Counted from the stretch's first letter, positions 1 through 10,143 are shown. The stretch is 64,000 bases of DNA from Candidatus Sulfomarinibacteraceae bacterium (GCA_963796455.1 CAWCLO010000003.1:96001-160000), one strand, 5' to 3'. Notes: generated by a model from the letters alone, not told the origin. Numbers and translations: made by a program.

Positions 1-681
1 GAAACAGCCGAACTACTCGTCCGTCGGCTCGCCTGCGCCGACCGGATCGACTTTCGTGGGCTCCTGACCCACGCCGGGCAGTCCTACAGCGCTCGCAATC
101 GCTCTGAAGCCTTCGAGGTGGCCTGCGAGGAACGCAATTTGATGACCGCCCTCGCGGCGGAACTCCGCGATCTCGGGGTCGATGTGCCCGAAATCAGTAT
201 CGGTTCGACCCCGGCCATGACCGCGATCGACGACCTTTCGGGAGTTTCCGAGGTCCGGCCCGGCAATTATCTTTTCTTCGATGCATTCCAGGCCGCCATC
301 GGAAGCTGCAGGTTCGACGAGATTGCGTTTTCGATTCAAGCAACGGTGATCAGCACCGACACCGATCGCGGGCGCGCGGTTATGGACGCGGGAGCCACAG
401 CCCTCAGCAAGGACCTCGGCCCGACCCACGTCGACCCCGATTGCGGTTTTGGTCTTCTGGTCGCAACCGACGATCAGCACCCTCTGCCGGGTCTTCAATT
501 GAAGGCCCTCACCCAGGAACACGGAACCCTGGGCGGCCCCGGGGTCGAGGCCCTGCGGCCCGGCACGCGGATTCGCATCCTGCCCAACCACTCCTGTTTG
601 TCCGCCGCTTGCTTCGACCGGTATCACGTCGTGCGCGGCACCGAGGTTGTCGACGAATGGCGACCCGTACGCGGTTGGTAG
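1..681 (+). CDS. PLP-dependent alanine-racemase-fold enzyme (DSD1/D-threonine aldolase family), 5'-truncated by window edge
   Basis: Frame open from base 1 (ETAELLVRRL...GLLTHAGQSY); motifs SIGSTP, EVRPGNY, DAGATALSKD, LTQEHG, ILPNHSC are typical of DSD1/D-TA. Confidence 0.85.
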   Translation, partial: ETAELLVRRLACADRIDFRGLLTHAGQSYSARNRSEAFEVACEERNLMTALAAELRDLGVDVPEISIGSTPAMTAIDDLSGVSEVRPGNYLFFDAFQAAIGSCRFDEIAFSIQATVISTDTDRGRAVMDAGATALSKDLGPTHVDPDCGFGLLVATDDQHPLPGLQLKALTQEHGTLGGPGVEALRPGTRIRILPNHSCLSAACFDRYHVVRGTEVVDEWRPVRGW

Positions 682-733
682 CGAGGGCCGTACCCAGGCG
701 CTGCTAAAATATGCTGGTGAAAACGACCGGAAG

Positions 734-1849
734 ATGATGCCGCAGCCGAAGACACCGTCCATCCAAACGCTCGTGATCGCCATCTCTTTGGTGCTGATGA
801 CCGCCGGCTGCTTCACCAGTCACGTGCGGACACCATCGGCAACCGCGGAGGACGTCCAGTTCACGCGATCCCTTGATCCGGCTCCAGCATTCAGTTACGA
901 GCGAAGCGACATCCCCTTCACGAACCATATCGAGAGCACCGGCGCGGCGCCGCACTACCAGTTGCGCACCCTCGAGATCCCATCCATTGGCGACAACGGC
1001 CAACCGGGCAACATGATCACCTCGCGCTATTTCCGAAGCACCCTGCCGGGTCCGCAGCCGCTGGTCATCGTCTTGCCGATCTGGGGCACCTACACCTACC
1101 CGCCGCGCAAGATCGCCAAGAGCCTGCAATACCGGGCCGAGGGAGCTGTCCACGTTCTCTACATCCAGGGAGAAACACACCTCACCGACTGGACAGGAAT
1201 GGTGGGCGCAGAAAACGAACAGGAGTTTCTCGATTTGTGGCACGAGGCCGCCGAACGGCTCCGGGTCAATATCGTCGATGTCCGGAGGCTGATCGATTGG
1301 GCCGAAACGCGGCCCGAGATCGACGCCGACCGAATCGGGTTGATCGGTTTCAGCCTCGGCGCCGTCCTCGCCGGCACCCTCGCCACCCAGGAGCCCAGGC
1401 TGGCGGCCACCGTAACAGTCATGGGCGGCAGCCACCTCCAGTCGGTGATCGCTTATTGTGACGGCAAACGAACCACCAGTGTGCAGGAAAAGGTCGCAGG
1501 ATCATTTGGTTGGAGCCGGGAATACCTCGAAAGTCAGCTCGAGCCGATCGTGGATTTTCTGGATTCCGCAAACTATCCAAACCGCGCCAATCCAGAGCGC
1601 GTACTGATCATCACTGCCAGCCGCGACAAATGTATGCCGGAGCACTCGCGGGAAGACCTCTGGCTGACGCTCGGCAAACCCGAGCGGATCAGCATGAAAT
1701 ACGATCATGCACCAGCCTTCTACAGCATGACCCCGCTCGGATTCAACTGGATGCGCTATCGGATCTGGGATTTTTTTGAGGAGAAGCTGCTCGAGTCACC
1801 ACCCTCCCCTTCCCGTCAGACGGATGAAGACAACGAAATGGGCAGCTGA
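734..1849 (+). CDS. Alpha/beta hydrolase, probable lipoprotein
   Basis: Hydrophobic N-terminus ending MTAGC; nucleophile elbow GFSLG after RIGLIG; start chosen at ATG 734. Confidence 0.7.
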   Translation: MMPQPKTPSIQTLVIAISLVLMTAGCFTSHVRTPSATAEDVQFTRSLDPAPAFSYERSDIPFTNHIESTGAAPHYQLRTLEIPSIGDNGQPGNMITSRYFRSTLPGPQPLVIVLPIWGTYTYPPRKIAKSLQYRAEGAVHVLYIQGETHLTDWTGMVGAENEQEFLDLWHEAAERLRVNIVDVRRLIDWAETRPEIDADRIGLIGFSLGAVLAGTLATQEPRLAATVTVMGGSHLQSVIAYCDGKRTTSVQEKVAGSFGWSREYLESQLEPIVDFLDSANYPNRANPERVLIITASRDKCMPEHSREDLWLTLGKPERISMKYDHAPAFYSMTPLGFNWMRYRIWDFFEEKLLESPPSPSRQTDEDNEMGS

Positions 1850-1952
1850 AGGAAGCGCAATCACCGCTGTCCAAAACAATTCCGCGGGAGACCTTGTCCG
1901 CCCGATGACACAAGGGTTACGGGTTGGTTTCGACATATCCTGTTCGCGATTG

Positions 1953-2408
1953 GCCCGTGCCCGTGTCCGCGTCCGCGTCCGAATTACAGCGACAGTGTCC
2001 AGCGTCAGCGACAGGCAACAGCGATCAGGGACAGGGAACAGCGATCAGTGTTCAGTGATCAGCGGCAGCAGTCTGGAGTTCATGCGGCGAAGTGGCCACC
2101 TCCGGGTCGTTCAAAAGAACGGGGTAGCCGGTGAGCGGCCGAATCGGTAGAGACCGGTCGAACCACTGGAGAATCGCCTACGCCTCGGCGAAAGAGGTCG
2201 ACAGCCACTTGGAGCTCCTCACCAACGCCGGGGCGATCAGCCGGAATGGAGCAAGTGAAGCGATGAAGGCCTTCGATCAGGTCCGTGCCACGACCTGTCG
2301 GTTGTTGAACCCGATAATCTGAGTGCTGTCCGCTGCCGCTGGACACTGCCGCCGTCCCTGTTCGCTGCCCCTGTACGCTATCTGAGACCCTGTATTGGAC
2401 AAGAGTGA
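1953..2408 (+). mobile_element. Copy A of four-helix-bundle-associated dispersed element (internal deletion removes the RBS, start and N-terminal half of the gene)
   Basis: Left CAGCG-rich arm, 5' half of leader hairpin (GGCCACCTCCGGGTCGTTCA, 2094-2113), C-terminal gene half, CGCTG-rich arm, terminus TTGGACAAGAGTGA 2395-2408. Confidence 0.75.
2137..2322 (+). pseudogene. C-terminal fragment of four-helix-bundle protein
   Basis: 48/61 aa identical to the C-terminus of the intact gene at 55340-55693. Confidence 0.85.
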
Positions 2409-2583
2409 AGCGCAAAACCAAATTCATCTGCATGTCCTGCAATTCCTACCGAGGTCGGCGAGGGAGAAGATCCAGCTCAGTGCGCTATCATTACAAACAC
2501 GCGCTGAGGCGCGTTCATTTTCACCCAGACGACTCAGCATGGCGTGTTATTCTGGACTCGTGAAGAGGTGTAAACGAGGCGAA

Positions 2584-4407
2584 ATGGCAGATTCCAAAAA
2601 ACAGGTCATCTACGACGAGAAGGCGATCCAGACTCTGGATGCTCTCGAGCACATCAGGCTTCGCACCGGGATGTACATCGGCCGGATCGGCGACGGCTCC
2701 AACCCCGCCGACGGCATCTACGTGATGCTCAAAGAAGTGGTCGACAACTGCGTCGACGAGTTCATCATGGGTTACGGGAAGAGAATCGTGATCAAACGGC
2801 ACGGACCGCAGATGGCGGTTCGAGACTTCGGCCGGGGCATCCCGCTCGGCAAGGTCATCGACTGTGTCTCCAAGATCAACACCGGCGGTAAATACAACGA
2901 CGATGTCTTTCAGTTTTCGGTCGGGCTGAACGGGGTCGGGAACAAGGCCGTCAATGCCCTGTCGTCCGAATTCGAGGTCGTCAGTTTCCGTGATGGGAAA
3001 TTCAAACGCGGCCTTTTTCAGCAGGGCAAGAAACTCAAGGAAAAGGGAGGCAAGGAAGCCTCCGAGAGGAACGGAACCTCGATCCGCTTCATCCCCGACC
3101 CCGAGATCTTCGGCGACTACGGTTGGCAGGAGGAGTATCTCGAACATCGGCTCCGTTACTACGCCTTCCTCAACAGCGGTCTCACCCTCGACTACAACGG
3201 CCAGAAGTTCGTGTCGAAGAATGGACTGGCTGATCTGCTGGCCTACGAACTCGGCGGTGAACCGGCGATCTACGATGCGTTCCACTGCAAGCTCGACCGA
3301 ATCGAGATCGCCTTCACCCACACCCATGCATACGGCGAGACCTATTACAGCTTTGTCAACGGCCAGTACACCAACGACGGCGGTACCCACCAGAGCGCCT
3401 TCCGCGAAGGTGTGCTCAAGGGTGTCAACGAGTTCGCAAAGAACGGTTTCGCCGGCGAGGACGTGCGCGACGGTCTGGTCGGCGCGGTCGCGGTCAAGAT
3501 CCAGGACCCGGTCTTCGAGTCGCAGACCAAAAACAAGCTCGGATCGACCGACGTCCGCTCGTGGGTGGTGAGTGAGGTCAAGGAGCAGGTCGTCCTGTGG
3601 CTCCACAAATACCCCACGGAAGCGGAAAAGCTGCTCGAGAAAGTCAAAAATAACCAACGGGTTCGTAAGGAACTGTCGGCCATCAAAAAGGAAGCCCGGG
3701 AACGCGCCAAGAAGGTTGCCATTCGGATCCCCAAGCTGATCGACTGCAAGGTTCACCTCTCGGACAGCAAGGGAAAAAGGCGCGAAGAATCGACCATTTT
3801 CTTGACCGAGGGCGACTCCGCCGGTGGCGCGATGATTCAGGCTCGGGACGTGCAGACTCAGGCGATCTACTCCCTCAAGGGCAAACCGCTCAACACCCAC
3901 GGTCTCGGGCGGGAGGCTGTTTACAAGAACGAAGAGCTCTACAACATCATGCGGGCTCTCGGTATCGAGGACGATCTCGAAGGATTACGTTACAACCGGG
4001 TCGTCATCGCCACCGACGCCGATGTCGACGGCATGCACATCCGGAACCTTCTGCTCACCTATTTCCTGCGTTTCTTCGAAGAGCTGGTGGTTTCTGGCCA
4101 CATCTACATTCTCGAGACCCCGATCTTCCGGGTGCGCAACAAAAAAGAAACGGTCTATTGTTATTCTGAGGCCGATCGAGACGAGGCCGTCGAGCGGCTG
4201 CGGAACAACGAGGTGACGCGCTTCAAAGGGCTCGGCGAGATTTCACCCAAAGAGTTCAAACAGTTCATCGCCGACGACGAGCACATGACCCGGATCACGA
4301 CCGGATCGATGGGTGATGTCAAACGAGCACTCGACTTTTTCATGGGCAAAAACACCCCGGCCCGGAAGGAGTACATCATTGAGAATCTGGTCGCGGATAT
4401 CGCGTGA
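2584..4407 (+). CDS. parE: Type IIA topoisomerase subunit B (topoisomerase IV ParE/GyrB family)
   Basis: GHKL motifs (EVVDNCVDE, DFGRGIP, GLNGVG), TOPRIM motifs (TEGDSA, DADVDG), RFKGLGE; about 607 aa; parE rather than gyrB is inferred from length and partner. Confidence 0.85.
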   Translation: MADSKKQVIYDEKAIQTLDALEHIRLRTGMYIGRIGDGSNPADGIYVMLKEVVDNCVDEFIMGYGKRIVIKRHGPQMAVRDFGRGIPLGKVIDCVSKINTGGKYNDDVFQFSVGLNGVGNKAVNALSSEFEVVSFRDGKFKRGLFQQGKKLKEKGGKEASERNGTSIRFIPDPEIFGDYGWQEEYLEHRLRYYAFLNSGLTLDYNGQKFVSKNGLADLLAYELGGEPAIYDAFHCKLDRIEIAFTHTHAYGETYYSFVNGQYTNDGGTHQSAFREGVLKGVNEFAKNGFAGEDVRDGLVGAVAVKIQDPVFESQTKNKLGSTDVRSWVVSEVKEQVVLWLHKYPTEAEKLLEKVKNNQRVRKELSAIKKEARERAKKVAIRIPKLIDCKVHLSDSKGKRREESTIFLTEGDSAGGAMIQARDVQTQAIYSLKGKPLNTHGLGREAVYKNEELYNIMRALGIEDDLEGLRYNRVVIATDADVDGMHIRNLLLTYFLRFFEELVVSGHIYILETPIFRVRNKKETVYCYSEADRDEAVERLRNNEVTRFKGLGEISPKEFKQFIADDEHMTRITTGSMGDVKRALDFFMGKNTPARKEYIIENLVADIA

Positions 4408-4418
4408 CAATTCCAGTC

Positions 4419-4499
4419 TTGAGTTTTGAGTTATGAGTTTTTAGTTCGTCGAAATTTCTACGGCCGCGCCAAGAACGAAGGACGAAAAATCCGAAATCG
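4419..4499. repeat. Short heptamer tandem (TGAGTTT-like) plus AATCCGAAATC remnant between parE and parC
   Basis: ttgagttttgagttatgagttttt at 4419-4442; same unit as 25012-25120. Confidence 0.6.
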
Positions 4500-4533
4500 T
4501 ACTTGACGCTGCTGTACCGGAGAATGAAAGCAT

Positions 4534-6522
4534 ATGACCCGAATCGCCCCCCTGATGGGCAAGAATTTCATCGAGTACGCGAGCTACGTGATCGTGGATC
4601 GCGCCATTCCCGATCTCCGAGACGGTCTCAAACCGGTGCAGCGGCGCATTCTTGCGACGCTTTCGAAAATGGACGACGGGAAATTCCACAAGGTCGCCAA
4701 TGTCATCGGCGACACGATGAAACTGCATCCCCACGGCGACGCCTCGATCGGCGATGCATTGGTGGTCCTTGCCAACAAAGACTATTTCATCGAGAAGCAG
4801 GGCAACTTCGGCAATCCGGTGACCGGCCATGCGCCTGCTGCGGCCCGTTACATCGAATGCCGGCTCACCGACCTCGCCAAGGAGACCCTCTTCCGCAAGG
4901 CCCTGACCGAATACCAGCCGAGCTATGACGGCCGCAACGAAGAACCCATCGCTTTGCCGGCCAAGCTGCCGGTACTGCTCATGCTCGGAGCGGAAGGCAT
5001 CGCGGTCGGTATGTCGACGCGGATCCTTCCCCACAATCTGATCGAGCTCCTCGAAGCACAGATCAAGATCCTGAAAAACGAAGCCTTCGAGATCTTCCCG
5101 GACTTTCCAACCAAAGGCATGGTCGATGTCAGCGAATACGACGATGGCCGGGGAAAGGTCAAGGTCCGTGCACTGATCGAAAAGCGCGATGAGAAAACGG
5201 TCGTTATCCGAGAAATCGCCTATGGAACGACCACCGAGAGCACCATCGCCTCCATCGAGGCGGCCTCCACCAAGGGCAAGCTCAAGGTCGCATCCATCAA
5301 CGATTTCACCACCGATCAGGTGGAGATCGAGGTCGGGCTCCCACGCGGAGTCTACGCCGACGAGGTCATCCCCCAGCTCTACGCCCACACCGACTGCGAG
5401 GTCTCGCTCTCATCCAACATGGTCATGATCAAAGACCGGCACCCGGTCGAGATGGGTGTCTCCGAGGTTCTCTGCTTCCTCACCGATCAACTGAGGGGTC
5501 TGATCAAAGCCGAACTGAGCTATGAGCTCGGTCAACTCGAAGACCGCAAACATTGGTTGGATCTCGAAAGGATCTTTATCGAGAACCGGATCTACAAACG
5601 GATCGAAGACGCCACCACCGCCGAACAGGTCGTGGATGAGGTGAAGAAGGGTCTCAAGCCCTTCCTGAAAGAGCTCGATCGCGAGGTCTCCGACGAGGAC
5701 CTCGAGCGTCTGCTCAAGATACCGATCCGGCGCATCTCCCAGTACGATATCGACAAGAACCGCTCTGAAATCGAAATCGCGCTCAAGGGGATCCGTCAGG
5801 TCAAGGGCAAACTCCGCAAACTCACACCGACCACCATCACCTATCTGGAGCACCTGATCGCGACCTACGGCGAGCAATGGCCGCGCCAATCGGAAATCGG
5901 AGCTTTCGAAGCGGTCAACGTGCGCGCGGTTGCGCGCCAGAACATCCGTGTGGCTTACGACCCCGACACCGGTTTCTTCGGCTCCGAGGTCAAGGGTTCG
6001 AAGTACCAGTTCACGGTCAGCGAATATGACCGGATTCTCCTTGTTTCGCGAAACGGGACCTTTCAGATCATCGCACCGGAAGAGAAAATGCTTGTTCAGG
6101 ACAAGCTGATCCATGCCGAGGTCTTCGATCAGGAAAACGGCGCCGCGTTTACCGTGGTCTACCGTGACCAGGACAAAATATCCTGGGGCAAGAAGATCCA
6201 CATCAAGGCGTTTATCCGCGACCGCGAGTACGAATTGATCAAAGGCCGGAACGGAAGGGTCGACTACCTGATCCCGGGCGACTGCAACGACACGATCCAC
6301 GTCACTTTCGCGCCCATGAAACGACAGAGAGTGCACGAAGCAGAGTTTGATCTCTCGATTCTCGAGGTCATCGGCGTCACCGCCCGTGGCCGCCGGCTGG
6401 CGCCAAAACCGGTGTCGAAAGTGAAGAGAATCAGAGCGGCCGACGAGGGCGGCTCGAATGGAGACGGCAACGAACCCCAACCAAAAGACCCTGACGATCA
6501 GCCGCTGCCTTTTGAAGACTGA
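4534..6522 (+). CDS. parC: Type IIA topoisomerase subunit A (ParC/GyrA family)
   Basis: DGLKPVQRR, HPHGD, AAARYIECRL (catalytic Tyr); 662 aa with short C-terminal domain; no recognisable GyrA-box. Confidence 0.85.
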   Translation: MTRIAPLMGKNFIEYASYVIVDRAIPDLRDGLKPVQRRILATLSKMDDGKFHKVANVIGDTMKLHPHGDASIGDALVVLANKDYFIEKQGNFGNPVTGHAPAAARYIECRLTDLAKETLFRKALTEYQPSYDGRNEEPIALPAKLPVLLMLGAEGIAVGMSTRILPHNLIELLEAQIKILKNEAFEIFPDFPTKGMVDVSEYDDGRGKVKVRALIEKRDEKTVVIREIAYGTTTESTIASIEAASTKGKLKVASINDFTTDQVEIEVGLPRGVYADEVIPQLYAHTDCEVSLSSNMVMIKDRHPVEMGVSEVLCFLTDQLRGLIKAELSYELGQLEDRKHWLDLERIFIENRIYKRIEDATTAEQVVDEVKKGLKPFLKELDREVSDEDLERLLKIPIRRISQYDIDKNRSEIEIALKGIRQVKGKLRKLTPTTITYLEHLIATYGEQWPRQSEIGAFEAVNVRAVARQNIRVAYDPDTGFFGSEVKGSKYQFTVSEYDRILLVSRNGTFQIIAPEEKMLVQDKLIHAEVFDQENGAAFTVVYRDQDKISWGKKIHIKAFIRDREYELIKGRNGRVDYLIPGDCNDTIHVTFAPMKRQRVHEAEFDLSILEVIGVTARGRRLAPKPVSKVKRIRAADEGGSNGDGNEPQPKDPDDQPLPFED

Positions 6523-6728
6523 CTGATCGTCAGCAATTCTTCTTGTTTGGTGGTGTTCCCGCTCGATGTGGCAAGCGCCGCATTGTAGGCCACGGCGTAG
6601 AGGGTCCCCGTCGTCTCGTCATTCTCCAGAAAATTGGAGTTGTAACCGGTTGTCAGCGTCGGGTTGCTGAGCACCGCGCCGGTGAGCATATCGACCGCGA
6701 ATATCGGGTTGTCTCGGACCGAATCGGG

Positions 6729-7031
6729 CTACAGTTCCACTTTTTCGAGCAAACCCAGAAATTCGTCGTACGGCAGCGCCTGCCAACTCTCGGCCGATAC
6801 GGCTCCCTCGGCGCGGGTGATCAACGACACCTTGTGGGCGGTTTCAACATCCGGAGCGTCGTAGATGTCCATGAAATCATAGGGCCCGAGGATTGCGGAA
6901 TGAGATACCCAGGTCACCTCCGGGCAGATCGCGTTGACCTTGTTCAACCAGGCCCGGCCCATCGCGCGGCGCACCTCGGCATCACGCACGCTGTCCGGAG
7001 CGAGACGGGTCATGAGTACGAATCTCGGCAT
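6729..7031 (-). CDS. GYD domain protein
   Basis: 100 aa, LGPYDF motif, GGAGG RBS upstream of ATG 7031. Confidence 0.8.
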   Translation of the reverse strand: MPRFVLMTRLAPDSVRDAEVRRAMGRAWLNKVNAICPEVTWVSHSAILGPYDFMDIYDAPDVETAHKVSLITRAEGAVSAESWQALPYDEFLGLLEKVEL

Positions 7032-7121
7032 AGAGACCTCCATAGCGCTTTTACCGTCAAGATAGTGCCTCGTGAGGTTGAATGCACACCAGATTTCTGG
7101 CTCTAGGCTATCCTGTGGCTG

Positions 7122-7970
7122 ATGATTCAAACAGATTTTATCGGCGTGCTCGCGGTGATCATGATGACGGCGCTGATTCCAGTCGCCAGGGCCGAGTCGA
7201 GTGATCGACCGACGACGATTGATGGCTTCTATGCGAAGGGAGCCCGAACGCGGGTCATCGCCCATCGCGGTTTTTCGGCTGTAGCGCCGGAAAACACCAT
7301 CGTTTCCATCCGGAAGGCCATCGACCTCGGCGCCGACATGGTGGAGTTCGATGTCACGGTCTCTGCTGATGGCCACGTGGTCGTCATCCACGACGAAACG
7401 CTGAACCGGACGACCGACGGCCAGGGGAGTGTCTCGAGTCATACATTGGAAGAATTGCGCCGGCTGGACGCCGGATCGTGGTTCGCCACCGAGTTCACCG
7501 GTGAAAAGATCCCGACTCTCGACGAGATGCTCGACACCACGAGCGGCCGGATACTCGCGAATATCGAGATCAAACCGGAGGCTGTCGAGTACGACGTTTC
7601 GGCAAAGGTCGCCAGACTGGTCATCGACAAGGGCCTCGTCGATCAGGTCGTTGTCTCCTCGTTTTCGCCGCAGGCCCTCGCCCAGATGCACGAGATCGCA
7701 CCTGAGATCCGAACCGCCTCCCTGTTCAAGAAGAAGATCCACCGCGGGATGGACCCACTCGAGATCACCTCCGAAGTCGGTGCTTCCGCCTTCAATATCA
7801 ACCACCGCTATTTGAACTCGAAGATGCGGAAATCGTGCCGCGAGAACAAAATCCCGATTGCCGTCTATACGGTCAACGATCCCAAGTTGATGCGCAAGCT
7901 GATCGACAAGGGAGTCGGTGCTTTCTTCACCGATCACCCCGATCTCCTGATGAGAGTCCTTGCTGAGTAA
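7122..7970 (+). CDS. Glycerophosphodiester phosphodiesterase (secreted)
   Basis: IAHRG, PENT, EFDV, IHD, IEIK, YTVND, FTDHP motifs; signal peptide. Confidence 0.9.
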   Translation: MIQTDFIGVLAVIMMTALIPVARAESSDRPTTIDGFYAKGARTRVIAHRGFSAVAPENTIVSIRKAIDLGADMVEFDVTVSADGHVVVIHDETLNRTTDGQGSVSSHTLEELRRLDAGSWFATEFTGEKIPTLDEMLDTTSGRILANIEIKPEAVEYDVSAKVARLVIDKGLVDQVVVSSFSPQALAQMHEIAPEIRTASLFKKKIHRGMDPLEITSEVGASAFNINHRYLNSKMRKSCRENKIPIAVYTVNDPKLMRKLIDKGVGAFFTDHPDLLMRVLAE

Positions 7971-8076
7971 AAAGGAGAAAGGGAGAAAGGGAGAAGGGGG
8001 GAAAGGGTGACCCGCCCTTCCACCCGCACCATCGAGTGGCCTCCCCCTTTCTCCCCCGCACCCTTTCTCCCCTTCA
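7971..8076. repeat. Purine/pyrimidine octamer inverted repeat (GGGAGAAA)n ... (TTTCTCCC)n
   Basis: Direct inspection; immediately after the GDPD stop; related tract at 45789-45870. Confidence 0.7.
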
Positions 8077-8119
8077 GGGCGCGAGCACGGGTTCGGCGGT
8101 TATGTGAGATCCTCTAGCT

Positions 8120-9538
8120 ATGAAACGACGCAAAACCAAGATCGTCTGCACGCTCGGTCCGGCCACCAACTCAATCGAAGGCATCACCGCTCTCATCGAC
8201 GCAGGGATGGATGTGGTCCGCCTCAATTTTTCTCACGGCGACCGGGAAGACCATCGCAAAACAATCCGTCTCATTCGCCGGGTGTCAGCTGAGGCCGGTC
8301 GGGAGATCGGCATTCTGCAGGACCTCGGCGGTCCGAAGATCAGACTCGGGATTCTCCCCGATGAAGGTGTGCGGCTCGAAGCTGGAGAGATCGTCGGGCT
8401 CGGTGTGGGCGACGATCTTCCCGACGGCGTCCTGCCCGTCACCTACCCCCATCTGCTCGAAGACGTCTCCGCCGGCGAGTCCATCCTGCTCGCCGATGGT
8501 GCGGCGGAACTCGAGGTGATCGAGGTCCTCAGCGATCGTCTGCAGTGCAGGGTCATCAACGAAGGTCTGCTCACCTCGCGCAAGGGAGTCAACCTTCCCC
8601 ACGCTGAGCTGCGAATCCCCGCAGTCACGGCAAAGGACCGCGAAGATCTCGAGATAGGGCTCGACGAAGGCGTCGATTTCGTTGCGCTTTCTTTTGTCCG
8701 CCACGAAGACGATCTCGCGCCGGTTCGAGACCGAATCCAGGGGCTCGAACACCCGCCGATGTTGATTGCCAAGATCGAAAAGCCCCAGGCCGTCGAACGA
8801 TTGTTGCCGATTCTCGAAGCGGTTGATGGCGTCATGGTGGCGCGTGGCGATCTCGGAGTCGAGATGCCGCCGGAACAGGTGCCGATGATCCAGAAGAAGA
8901 TCATCGCCGCCTCCCGCCGCGCCGGCCGACCGGTCATCACGGCAACCCAGATGCTGCGTTCAATGGTCGACAGCCCGCGTCCGCTCCGAGCCGAAGCTTC
9001 CGATGTGGCCAACGCGGTCCTGGACGGCACCGACGCCGTCATGCTGTCGGAAGAGACGGCGATCGGAAGCTACCCGAGCGAGGCCGTGCGGGTTCTCCAT
9101 CGGGTGGCCCTCGAGGCGGAGCCCCACCTCGACCACCAACGAATGCTCTCGGACGCCGCTTCGCCCTGCATACCCGAACTGACCGGCGCGATCAGCAGCG
9201 CCACCTGCGAGATGGCTGCCTCGATCAACGCCGCAGCCATCGTGACGACCACTGCTTCCGGTAGCACGACCCGCATCATCGCCCGGCTGCGACCGATCGC
9301 GCCGGTGCTCGGCCTGACTCCCCTGAAGACAGTGGCGCGACAATTGACCCTTTCATGGGGGGTCGTTTCAGCAATAGCACCAAATACCGACGACACCCGG
9401 GAGCTCGGTCGGGCCATGAAGGCCGCATTAAGAACGACCGGGCTCGCATCAACAGGAGACCGGGTGATCATCACCGCCGGGTTGCCTCTCGGTCAATCCG
9501 ATTCCACCAACATCATCCGGGTCGAAGAACTCGACTAG
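8120..9538 (+). CDS. pyk: Pyruvate kinase
   Basis: TKIVCTLGPA, RLNFSHG, AKIEK, MVARGDLGVE, ATQML, DAVMLS. Confidence 0.97.
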   Translation: MKRRKTKIVCTLGPATNSIEGITALIDAGMDVVRLNFSHGDREDHRKTIRLIRRVSAEAGREIGILQDLGGPKIRLGILPDEGVRLEAGEIVGLGVGDDLPDGVLPVTYPHLLEDVSAGESILLADGAAELEVIEVLSDRLQCRVINEGLLTSRKGVNLPHAELRIPAVTAKDREDLEIGLDEGVDFVALSFVRHEDDLAPVRDRIQGLEHPPMLIAKIEKPQAVERLLPILEAVDGVMVARGDLGVEMPPEQVPMIQKKIIAASRRAGRPVITATQMLRSMVDSPRPLRAEASDVANAVLDGTDAVMLSEETAIGSYPSEAVRVLHRVALEAEPHLDHQRMLSDAASPCIPELTGAISSATCEMAASINAAAIVTTTASGSTTRIIARLRPIAPVLGLTPLKTVARQLTLSWGVVSAIAPNTDDTRELGRAMKAALRTTGLASTGDRVIITAGLPLGQSDSTNIIRVEELD

Positions 9539-9596
9539 TACTTATTGCGAACCTTTTTTTCAAGGTTCCGTTTCCCTGTTCAGGCGGAGGGAAACA

Positions 9597-10076
9597 ATGT
9601 CCAAGGTCATTCGAATGGTGGCGATCCTCGGAGTGCTCGCATTCACGGTCTCATGCGCGAGTTCCGAAGCACAATCTGATTTCGAGCTCGACGTCGACAG
9701 CGACGAGATCCGGGTCGCGATTTCCAAGGAGGTCGCACGGGGCGTGATGGAAGGCCTCATCGGTTCGGAACTCGAATGCGACGGCGATATCGACGGTCAT
9801 ATTCGAGCGTTACTGGAAAAGTTGGACCGGGACGGACCGAGATCGCGGGCCACCTATCGTGACGATGACACGATCATCGACGCCCGTCGCCGGGGATCCA
9901 AACTCGATCTCGACATCCACGGATCGGGCTCAGGCCGTATCCAGGCCACCATGCCCTGGAAAATCGCGGATTGTATGCTCGGTCACCCGACGACCATCGA
10001 CAAAACGATGGCCTCGGCGGTCAAGGTCACAGTGACCAACGACGACGGAAAGAACTTCTCCTTTCGCATGCAATGA
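9597..10076 (+). CDS. Hypothetical lipoprotein
   Basis: GGAGG RBS; signal peptide with lipobox-like TVSC. Confidence 0.65.
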   Translation: MSKVIRMVAILGVLAFTVSCASSEAQSDFELDVDSDEIRVAISKEVARGVMEGLIGSELECDGDIDGHIRALLEKLDRDGPRSRATYRDDDTIIDARRRGSKLDLDIHGSGSGRIQATMPWKIADCMLGHPTTIDKTMASAVKVTVTNDDGKNFSFRMQ

Positions 10077-10143
10077 AAACAATAACGAAACAACACGTTT
10101 CGGATTCCGTTTTTCTATCTGATACGAGAATGGGGAGGCCCTG

